32,000 bases of DNA from Planctomycetales bacterium. GTDB lineage: Bacteria; 4484-113; JAFGCY01. Shown here piece by piece: positions 16,454 to 22,499 of the stretch (its first letter is position 1; every line of letters starts with the position of its first letter). The stretch lies in the NCBI GenBank assembly GCA_022646745.1, contig CP060262.1, positions 60,001-92,000 of the forward strand. Reading direction: 5' to 3'. The notes beneath the pieces are model-generated. The model made no database searches. It saw only the letters and a program-made list of their open reading frames with translations, and was not told the origin of the DNA. The translations under genes were made by a program, and so were the position numbers.

Positions 16454-16828
16454 TCAACTGTTGCTGGAAATGCTTTGACGCAATGACCAGAGCATTCTCC
16501 TGCACTCTTCAAGCCGCGCAAGTGCCGGACGGATTGCATCCTGTTTGGCAACATTAACGCGAACTGACAGTTTCAACAAAGTCTCCAGCTCCCTTGCCGA
16601 ACCGTGGGCAATAGCCAGGAATCTGGAATAGTCCTTGCCAGAGAACCGTCCATAGCCTTCCGCAATATTGGCCGGGATGGATACAGCCGCTCGCCTGATC
16701 TGACTAGTCAAGCCATAGAGCTCTTCCTTTGGAAAGGTCCGTGTGAGTCGGTAGACATCATCAACCAGGTCAAATGAACGTTGCCAAACTATCAGGTCCT
16801 CAACAGATTCAATTCGTTTTTCCTGCAT
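16454..16828 (-). CDS. four-helix-bundle protein (23S rRNA intervening-sequence protein / Avd-like family, TIGR02436-type)
   Basis: 124 aa. The N-terminal DLIVWQRSFDLVDDVYRLTRTFPKEELYGLTSQIRRAAVSIPANIAEG and the later AHGSARELETLL are the hallmark motifs of this family. Confidence 0.85.
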   Translation of the reverse strand: MQEKRIESVEDLIVWQRSFDLVDDVYRLTRTFPKEELYGLTSQIRRAAVSIPANIAEGYGRFSGKDYSRFLAIAHGSARELETLLKLSVRVNVAKQDAIRPALARLEECRRMLWSLRQSISSNS

Positions 16829-16834
16829 GTCACA

Positions 16835-16862
16835 ATATTAACATATTTTGTCTATTTGACAA
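16835..16862 (-). promoter_or_regulatory. candidate promoter for the four-helix-bundle gene (leaderless geometry)
   Basis: On the minus strand: TTGTCA (16862-16857), a 16-nt spacer, TAATAT (16840-16835), then 6 nt to the ATG at 16828. The region is locally AT-rich. A plus-strand TTGACA overlaps at 16856-16861 but has no convincing -10 box. Confidence 0.35.
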
Positions 16863-16883
16863 AGTCTCTTTTCCCTCTTCTTC

Positions 16884-16932
16884 CTGCCTTCTGCCTTCTG
16901 CCTTCTGCCTTCTGCCTTCTGCCTTCTGCCTT
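16884..16932. repeat. perfect tandem heptamer array CTGCCTT x7
   Basis: Read directly from the sequence: seven exact units. The array is complementary to the 16420-16447 array. Confidence 0.95.
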
Positions 16933-16941
16933 TTTCTCCCC

Positions 16942-16980
16942 CTCCAACCTCCAACCTCCAAACTCCAACCTCCAACCTCC
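16942..16980. repeat. tandem heptamer array CTCCAAC x5.5 (one CTCCAAA variant)
   Basis: Read directly from the sequence. The array contains repeated ACCTCC and ends 37 nt before the tdh ATG. Confidence 0.95.
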
Positions 16981-17017
16981 TTTTGCTACACTTCAATCAC
17001 TTCCAACAGGAGCCCCC

Positions 17018-17995
17018 ATGTCCCCCTTTTCACGGATCCTCGTAATCGGTGCCGCCGGCCAGATCGGCAGTGAGCTCACGCTCGTGATGCGCGAGCGCTA
17101 CGGCGCGGCCAATGTCGTCGCCTCCGACGTGCACCCGCTCAAGGACGGCCCGCTCAAGGAATCCGGCCCGCATGCCACGCTCGACATCCGCGACCGCAGT
17201 GCCATCGCCGCGCTCGTCAAGCAGCACGACTGCGACTGCATCGTGAACCTTGCTGCCCTGCTCTCGGCCACCGCCGAGCAGCATGTCCAGGCGGCCTGGG
17301 AGATCAACATCGGCGGGCATTACAACACGCTCGAGGTCGCCCGCGAGCTGGGGCTCAAGCAGGTGTTCTGCCCCTCCAGCATCGCCGCCTTCGGCCCGAC
17401 CACCCCGCGTGACAACACCCCGCAGAGCACCGTGCTGGAGCCGACCACCATCTACGGTGTGACCAAGGTCTCCGGCGAGCTGCTCGGCAACTACTACTTC
17501 CAGCGCTTCGGCGTGGACTGCCGCGGCCTGCGCTACCCCGGCATCATCAGCTCTGACACCCTGCCCGGCGGCGGCACCACCGACTACGCCGTGGACATCT
17601 TCTACCAGGCGATCCAGCACGGCAGCTACGAGTGCTTCCTCAGGGAGGACACGATGCTGCCGATGATGTACATGCCGGACTGCATCAAGTGCACACTGGA
17701 CCTGATGGAGGCCGACCGCGAAAAGCTGTCCAATGCGGCGGGCTACAACATCACGGCGATGAGCTTCACCGCCGGAGAGCTGGCTGCCGAGATTAAAAAG
17801 CACCTGCCGGAGTTCACGGTGACCTACGTGCCGGATGTGCGCCAGAACTACGCGGACAGCTGGCCGCGCAGCATCGACGACTCGGCGGCGCGCAGCGAAT
17901 GGGGCTGGCAGCATGATTTCGACATGCCCACGATGGTGGCGGACATGCTGGCGAAGCTCACGCCCCGCCTGAAGGGCAACGGCGCGGCAGGTTAA
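17018..17995 (+). CDS. tdh: L-threonine 3-dehydrogenase, SDR/epimerase-type
   Basis: ATG at 17018 with AGGAG at 17008-17012. It has the Rossmann motif ILVIGAAGQIGSEL and the YGVTK catalytic Y-x3-K, and it sits directly upstream of kbl. The 79-codon upstream extension in the ORF track reads through the heptamer arrays and is rejected. Confidence 0.8.
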   Translation: MSPFSRILVIGAAGQIGSELTLVMRERYGAANVVASDVHPLKDGPLKESGPHATLDIRDRSAIAALVKQHDCDCIVNLAALLSATAEQHVQAAWEINIGGHYNTLEVARELGLKQVFCPSSIAAFGPTTPRDNTPQSTVLEPTTIYGVTKVSGELLGNYYFQRFGVDCRGLRYPGIISSDTLPGGGTTDYAVDIFYQAIQHGSYECFLREDTMLPMMYMPDCIKCTLDLMEADREKLSNAAGYNITAMSFTAGELAAEIKKHLPEFTVTYVPDVRQNYADSWPRSIDDSAARSEWGWQHDFDMPTMVADMLAKLTPRLKGNGAAG

Positions 17996-18059
17996 TCCCG
18001 GCCCGCAAGCGATAGAATATGGGTGAGGACGCAAGTGTGGTCGCGTCCTTGAGGAAGGC

Positions 18060-19289
18060 ATGTACACAATCAGGGAAGATCTGCAGCGCGAGCTCGACGA
18101 GATCCGCGCACAGGGGCTCTACAAGTCCGAACGCATCATCACATCACCGCAGGGCGCTGACATCATCGTCGCACGCCCGGGAGGCAACGGCAGCGGCCCG
18201 CGCGAGGTGATCAACTTCTGTGCCAACAACTACCTCGGCCTCGGCGGCCGCCAGGAGCTGGTCGACGCCGCCAAGGAAGGCCTCGACAGCCATGGCTACG
18301 GCCTGTCCAGCGTGCGCTTCATCTGCGGCACGCAGGACATCCACAAGGTGCTGGAGCGCAGGCTGGCCGACTTCCTCGGCATGGAGGACGCGATCCTCTA
18401 CATCGCCTGCTTCGATGCCAACGGCGGCCTGTTCGAGAGCCTGATGGGGGCGGAGGACGCGATCGTCAGCGATGCCCTCAACCATGCCAGCATCATCGAC
18501 GGCATCCGCCTCTCAAAGGCTATGCGCTTCCGCTACAACAACACCGACATGGACGACCTGCGCACCCAGCTGCAGGCTGCGAAGGATGCCAACGCGCGGC
18601 GCATCATGATCGCCACCGACGGCGTATTCTCGATGGACGGGCATATCGCCCCGCTGGACAGGGTCTGCGAACTGGCCGACGAGTTCGGCGCGCTGGTGAT
18701 GATCGACGAATCCCACAGCACCGGCTTCATGGGCCGTACCGGCCGCGGCGTGCATGAACTCTGCGGCGTGATGGACCGCATTGACATCGTGACGACGACG
18801 CTTGGCAAGGCGCTCGGTGGAGCCTGTGGCGGCGCGACCGCCGCCCGTCGTGAGATCGTGGAGTACCTGCGCCAGAAGAGCCGCCCCTACCTGTTCAGCA
18901 ACACGGTGCCGCCGGCGATTGTCAGCGCCGCGCTGAAGGTGCTGGAGATGCTGTCAGCCAGCACCGAGCTGCGCGACCGCCTCGAGGTCAACACCGCCCG
19001 CTTCCGCCAGGGCATGGAGCAGGCCGGCTTCAACATCATCCACGGCACGCATCCGATCGTGCCGGTGATGCTCGGTGACGCCGCGCTGGCCTCACGCTTC
19101 GCCGACGAGCTGCTGGACGAGGGGATCTATGTAATCGGCTTCAGCTACCCGGTGGTGCCGCAGGGCAAGGCACGCATCCGCGTGCAGGTCTCTGCCGCGC
19201 ATACCGAGGAGCATATCGACCGCGCGATTGCAGCCTTCACCAAGGTTGGCGAACGCCTCGGCGTGCTTGGCAACAGCGTCGGCGCATAA
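18060..19289 (+). CDS. kbl: glycine C-acetyltransferase (2-amino-3-ketobutyrate CoA ligase)
   Basis: 409 aa of the alpha-oxoamine synthase family: [35 protein letters not shown] and TLGKALGG (PLP lysine). GAGGAAGG precedes the ATG, and the gene is paired with tdh. Confidence 0.9.
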   Translation: MYTIREDLQRELDEIRAQGLYKSERIITSPQGADIIVARPGGNGSGPREVINFCANNYLGLGGRQELVDAAKEGLDSHGYGLSSVRFICGTQDIHKVLERRLADFLGMEDAILYIACFDANGGLFESLMGAEDAIVSDALNHASIIDGIRLSKAMRFRYNNTDMDDLRTQLQAAKDANARRIMIATDGVFSMDGHIAPLDRVCELADEFGALVMIDESHSTGFMGRTGRGVHELCGVMDRIDIVTTTLGKALGGACGGATAARREIVEYLRQKSRPYLFSNTVPPAIVSAALKVLEMLSASTELRDRLEVNTARFRQGMEQAGFNIIHGTHPIVPVMLGDAALASRFADELLDEGIYVIGFSYPVVPQGKARIRVQVSAAHTEEHIDRAIAAFTKVGERLGVLGNSVGA

Positions 19290-19440
19290 CGGAGGTCAGC
19301 TGCAAAGCTGACAACGGAGGCCTGGCGCATGCCAGGCGATGGAGCTACCCGCTTTAGCGGTAGTCGGAGGCCTGGCGCAAGCCAGGAGGTGGAGGCCCGG
19401 AGCAATCCGGGCATTGGTGGCCAGACGCAAGTCTGGCAAC
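19290..19440 (+). repeat. array of six tandem GGAGG-prefixed GC hairpins (possible 3' end/terminator module)
   Basis: The array starts 1 nt after the kbl TAA. Stems and loops: 19295-19312 (loop GCAA), 19321-19336 (GCAT), 19345-19363 (TTTA), 19371-19386 (GCAA), 19396-19411 (GCAA), 19421-19436 (GCAA). Each is preceded by GGAGG or a close variant (GGAGC, GGTGG). The array ends in CAAC. No U-tracts are present. Confidence 0.85.
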
Positions 19441-19450
19441 GGCTTTGCGT

Positions 19451-19533
19451 AGTCAACGAGTCACATAGTCAATCAGTCAATATCACCAGCTCGTTGCCAC
19501 ACATTGACTCTTTGACTCCGTGACTTTTTGACT
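19451..19533. repeat. octamer-periodic four-segment stem-loop (AGTCAA/TTGACT blocks)
   Basis: Left blocks are AGTCAA 19451-56, AGTCAC 19459-64, AGTCAA 19467-72 and AGTCAA 19475-80. They pair in nested order with TTGACT 19528-33, GTGACT 19520-25, TTGACT 19512-17 and TTGACT 19504-09. The blocks are separated by 2x2 internal loops, and the terminal loop is 23 nt. Confidence 0.85.
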
Positions 19534-19593
19534 CTTCCCACCGCCGCTTCCTCGAGCTGGAACCTCGCACTCTCTTCTGCCTTCTGCTTTCTA

Positions 19594-19621
19594 CACCCTG
19601 CACCCTGCAACCTGCAACCTG
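19594..19621. repeat. tandem heptamers CACCCTG x2 + CAACCTG x2
   Basis: Read directly from the sequence. Confidence 0.9.
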
Positions 19622-19720
19622 ATTGTCAGACTCTCATCTGACTTCCTGACTATCGTCTGAGCTCCTGAATCCGGCGGCAGTAGTGCCGCCGCTACTCCCC
19701 ACTCCAACCTCCTACCTGTT

Positions 19721-19762
19721 GTTCCCTGTTCCCTGTTCCCCGTTCCCTGTTCCCTGTTCCCT
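19721..19762. repeat. tandem heptamer array GTTCCCT x6 (one GTTCCCC variant)
   Basis: Read directly from the sequence. The array ends 14 nt before the ATG at 19777. Confidence 0.95.
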
Positions 19763-19776
19763 GCTAAACTCCCTTC

Positions 19777-20025
19777 ATGGCTACAAAGGCATTGCTCTGC
19801 GGTTCCTGCGGCTTCGGCTCAGATGAAAAGCGCTGCGTGAAGTGCGGCGACCCATTCGGCGAGATCCCGGCCAAGCTCTGTGATTCCTGCGGCTTCGGCT
19901 CGGACGGGGTGAAGTGCATCAAGTGCGGCGACCCCTTCGGCAAGGTGCCGGCCCTGCTGTGCGGCTCCTGCGGCTTCGGCAGCGCGGCTGACAACTGCGT
20001 CAAGTGCGGCGGCTGGGCCAGCTGA
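19777..20025 (+). CDS. small cysteine-rich protein: three tandem C-x2-C-x8-C-x2-C (zinc-ribbon-like) repeats
   Basis: 82 aa with 12 Cys at a strict 27-aa period (LCxSCGFGS-x4-C-x-KCGDPFG-x2-PA). Differences between the three 81-bp DNA repeats are largely synonymous (tgc/tgt, tca/tcg/agc, cca/ccc), which supports translation. There is no obvious SD, and the antisense 79-aa ORF is a shadow. Confidence 0.6.
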   Translation: MATKALLCGSCGFGSDEKRCVKCGDPFGEIPAKLCDSCGFGSDGVKCIKCGDPFGKVPALLCGSCGFGSAADNCVKCGGWAS

Positions 20026-20040
20026 ATAAGTGGAGAGTTG

Positions 20041-20183
20041 TCAGTGGTGAGTGGTCAGTATCAGTTTGCAGAATCAGAATCAGAATGAGAAGAAGGAACA
20101 GTATCGAGGTTCAGGCAACAGCCTTCTGCTGATTCTGTTTCTCATTCTGTCTGCTGGTCCTCACCACTGCCCACTGACCACTG
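20041..20183. repeat. dyad-symmetric low-complexity region built from CAGTGGT and CAGAAT units and their complements
   Basis: The left arm carries CAGTGGT/GAGTGGT (20042-20055) and CAGAAT x3 (20069-20086). The right arm carries ATTCTG-type units (20130-20149) and ACCACTG/CCCACTG/ACCACTG (20163-20183). Perfect complementary blocks are 20081-20091 with 20139-20149 (11 bp) and 20042-20048 with 20177-20183 (7 bp). Confidence 0.8.
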
Positions 20184-20207
20184 TTGCCAGACTCTCGTCT
20201 GGCCTCC
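20183..20207 (-). repeat. GGAGGCCAGACGAGAGTCTGGCAAC element (exact copy of 24381-24405, opposite strand)
   Basis: The reverse complement of 20183-20207 is identical over 25 nt to 24381-24405. It begins 2 nt after the minus-strand TAA stop at 20212-20210. Confidence 0.95.
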
Positions 20208-20209
20208 AG

Positions 20210-21052
20210 TTAGCCCTTGTCAATCATCCCGCTGGTGCGCACGCTCAGACGCGGCAGTTCCTTGCGCAGCACCTGCAGTTCCTGCCAGCGGATGTTGTAG
20301 GCCGCCACCACGTCCTCATCCACCATCCCGAGCTTCTCCAGCTTCGGGAAGAACAGGTACTTCATGTCTCCGATGTGCTGGAAGTGCTCGTAGCGCCGGA
20401 TCGTCTCGAGGATGTCCCGCTTCTGCACCCGCTTCGTCAGGATCAGGTACATCATGTTCGTGCGCAGCCAGTAGCGGTCGTCGAGCCAGCCCGTCGCGTT
20501 GACAAGCTGCTCCTGGTAGGCCAGCTCCACGAAGGGCAGATGGTCCGTCACGTAGCCGATCGTCCCGAGGTGGTACCACAGCAGGCTTGGCCGCAGCGGG
20601 GGCGGGATGCAGTCCAGCAGTACCTGCACCTCATCCACGTTGATCGAATGCTGCATCCGGTAGTAGGCATAGCTGCGCAGCACGATCTTCTTGTAGCTGA
20701 GCACGACGGCGCTGAAGTCCCCCAGCGGAGTGCACAGCAGGCGCTGCTCCAGTTCCTCAAAGCGGTCCTGTGCGCTGCGCACGTCCGGCACATGGAAATG
20801 GCGATGGATCACATAGTCCCAGTCGGTCAGCTCCAGCATCAGCCCGAGTGCCTCATCGGGGTCGCCCGCCACCTGGCGGACGGTCAGCCGCGCCTCATGC
20901 AGCTGCTGCTTCATCTCCTCGGGCTGGCTGTAGTGCATCAGCCGCCACAGCGGCATCTCCCATTCGGCTCCCCAGTGCGACAGGTGCCGCAGGTGCGCGA
21001 ACATGCGCTCGGTGGCAAGCTGGTCAATATTGAAGCTGTCAGCATATTCCAT
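20210..21052 (-). CDS. hypothetical protein (helical, W/Y/H-rich), no recognised family
   Basis: The minus-strand frame has protein-like composition, while the overlapping plus-strand ORF 20051-21073 looks like an antisense shadow. I prefer the ATG at 21052 with GGAG 8 nt upstream; the longest form starts at the TTG at 21121. Confidence 0.6.
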   Translation of the reverse strand: MEYADSFNIDQLATERMFAHLRHLSHWGAEWEMPLWRLMHYSQPEEMKQQLHEARLTVRQVAGDPDEALGLMLELTDWDYVIHRHFHVPDVRSAQDRFEELEQRLLCTPLGDFSAVVLSYKKIVLRSYAYYRMQHSINVDEVQVLLDCIPPPLRPSLLWYHLGTIGYVTDHLPFVELAYQEQLVNATGWLDDRYWLRTNMMYLILTKRVQKRDILETIRRYEHFQHIGDMKYLFFPKLEKLGMVDEDVVAAYNIRWQELQVLRKELPRLSVRTSGMIDKG

Positions 21053-21190
21053 CTGCCCTGCTCCAAGGCGTAGCAATCGTCTACCTACAATGTAGTACAG
21101 GCCGTAGTCCTGCGATGCCAATTGCGATCAAATCCAGATCAAATCAGGCTCGACGGAATGAGGACGAATCCCGTCCGGAATTAGCTGCAG

Positions 21191-21199
21191 TGCTATAAT
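21191..21199 (+). promoter_or_regulatory. candidate extended -10 promoter element for the sdh operon
   Basis: TGCTATAAT (TGn + a perfect TATAAT at 21194-21199) lies 35 nt upstream of the sdhC ATG. No good -35 box is present. Confidence 0.4.
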
Positions 21200-21233
21200 C
21201 GGAGCGTCCGGGTGGCACACCCATGGAGGAGAC

Positions 21234-21920
21234 ATGAGCGCCGCAATCCAGAAGAACTACTTCCTGCTCAGACGGCTGCACAGCCTGTCGGGGATCATCC
21301 CGGTCGGTGCATTCTTCCTGTTGCACATGTTCCTCAACAGCCGTGCCGCACAGTCCCCGCAGCAGTACCAGTGGGTCCCCGATTTCCTCGACCAGATCCC
21401 CTACCTCTGGGCGCTGGAGATCGGCGGTATCTTCATCCCGATCCTGTTCCACGCCATCCTCGGCGTGGTGATCGCAACCAAGGCGGAGCACAACGTGACC
21501 CGCCCGAAGCACGGCTGGGCCGAGAACTGGGGCTACACCTTCCAGCGCATCACCGGCGTGCTGCTGTTCATCATGATCATGGTGCACCTCTGGCAGACCT
21601 GGTGGGTGCACACCCGCATCAAGCTTGGCAACGCCCAGAACGGCACGCATACCGAGTTCGAGATCTACAGCCTGATGAACGGCCTGCTGAAGGACAGCTG
21701 GGTGATGACTACGCTCTACGCCCTGTTCGTGCTGATCGCGGCCTGGCACTTCGGCAACGGCATCTACAACTTCGCCTGCAAGTGGGGCTTCTCTACAAGC
21801 AGGGAGAGCCAGCGCTTCGCGCTCACACTGGGCCTCGGAATCGGCGCAATCGGCGTGCTGCTGGGCTTCGCATCGATCTGGGGCCTGACCCTGGCTCCCT
21901 GGGCCGCGGCGGCCCAGTAG
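21234..21920 (+). CDS. sdhC: succinate dehydrogenase/fumarate reductase cytochrome b subunit (b558, type B)
   Basis: 228 aa with five TM segments. The N-terminal NYFLLRRLHSLSGIIPVGAFFLLHMFLNS and several conserved His residues are typical of the b558 family. GGAGGAG precedes the ATG. Confidence 0.85.
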   Translation: MSAAIQKNYFLLRRLHSLSGIIPVGAFFLLHMFLNSRAAQSPQQYQWVPDFLDQIPYLWALEIGGIFIPILFHAILGVVIATKAEHNVTRPKHGWAENWGYTFQRITGVLLFIMIMVHLWQTWWVHTRIKLGNAQNGTHTEFEIYSLMNGLLKDSWVMTTLYALFVLIAAWHFGNGIYNFACKWGFSTSRESQRFALTLGLGIGAIGVLLGFASIWGLTLAPWAAAAQ

Positions 21921-21926
21921 GAGGAA

Positions 21927-22454
21927 ATGGCAATGGTCCAGCAGGACAACAGTCGCAAGCACCCGGTCTACTTCTGCTTCCATGCGGAACGCGACCGGCA
22001 GCGCGCACTGCATGTCTCGGCCCTGACCGGCACGGTGGACCAGAACCGCCTCAGTGACTGGACGGACGAGAGCTGGGAAGCGGCAGCTGAGCTGGGTGAG
22101 CAGGGCCTGCAGGAATTGATTGACGAGAAGCTCGGCGACAGCGCGGTCACCTGCCTGCTGGTCGGCGAACGCACCTTCGAAAAGCCCTGGATCGGCGCGA
22201 TGTTGCAGCGCAGCCTCGAACTTGAGCGAGGCATCCTGGCAATCCATGTGCACGACATACCGGACGAGAATGGCAATACCGTGAAGAAGGGGCCGAACCC
22301 GATGGGCCGCCTGACATACCCTGGACGCGACAGGCAGCAGTACCCCTTCACATCTGCCTACCCGACATATGACTGGAAACATTCTGACGGCGACCGGAAT
22401 GTCGCAGCCTGGATCGAGAAGTCAATGGACCCGTCAGGGACGGGCATAGATTAG
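21927..22454 (+). CDS. TIR-like domain protein (MTH538/DUF1863, ThsB-type pattern)
   Basis: 175 aa. The ATG lies 6 nt after the sdhC stop, with AGGAGG in between. Motif layout is VYFCFHAERD ... VTCLLVGERTFEKPWIGAML ... GILAIHVHDIPDENGNTVKKGPNP. This follows the ThsB/DUF1863 pattern recalled from memory, not from a search. Confidence 0.6.
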   Translation: MAMVQQDNSRKHPVYFCFHAERDRQRALHVSALTGTVDQNRLSDWTDESWEAAAELGEQGLQELIDEKLGDSAVTCLLVGERTFEKPWIGAMLQRSLELERGILAIHVHDIPDENGNTVKKGPNPMGRLTYPGRDRQQYPFTSAYPTYDWKHSDGDRNVAAWIEKSMDPSGTGID

Positions 22455-22499
22455 GAGCACCACGGTGCCGCCTGGTGGCTGCACCACAGGAAACTGGCA

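Noticed and set aside
16454-16828. Diversity-generating retroelement, suggested by the Avd-like four-helix-bundle gene
   Set aside because: No reverse transcriptase ORF and no template/variable repeat pair are recognisable in the window. The family also occurs widely as stand-alone IVS-type genes.
16884-16980. Possible CRISPR array, suggested by the tandem repeats
   Set aside because: The units are 7 nt, contiguous and have no spacers. No cas genes are present. These are microsatellite/STRR-like arrays, not CRISPR.
16781-17017. N-terminal extension of the tdh ORF (404-aa version) through the repeat arrays
   Set aside because: It translates the heptamer arrays into low-complexity LLPSAFC/NLQPP repeats. 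A proper ATG with AGGAG at 17018 directly precedes the Rossmann motif.
20051-21073. 340-aa plus-strand ORF opposite the hypothetical gene
   Set aside because: It has H/L/V/Q/R-rich, antisense-shadow composition typical of GC-rich DNA. The minus-strand frame has balanced composition and a GGAG-ATG start.
21927-22454. Complete Thoeris defence system
   Set aside because: Only a ThsB-like TIR-type ORF is present. No ThsA-like (SIR2/Macro/SLOG or TM) effector is nearby, the neighbours are sdh genes, and the putative catalytic Glu position appears substituted.
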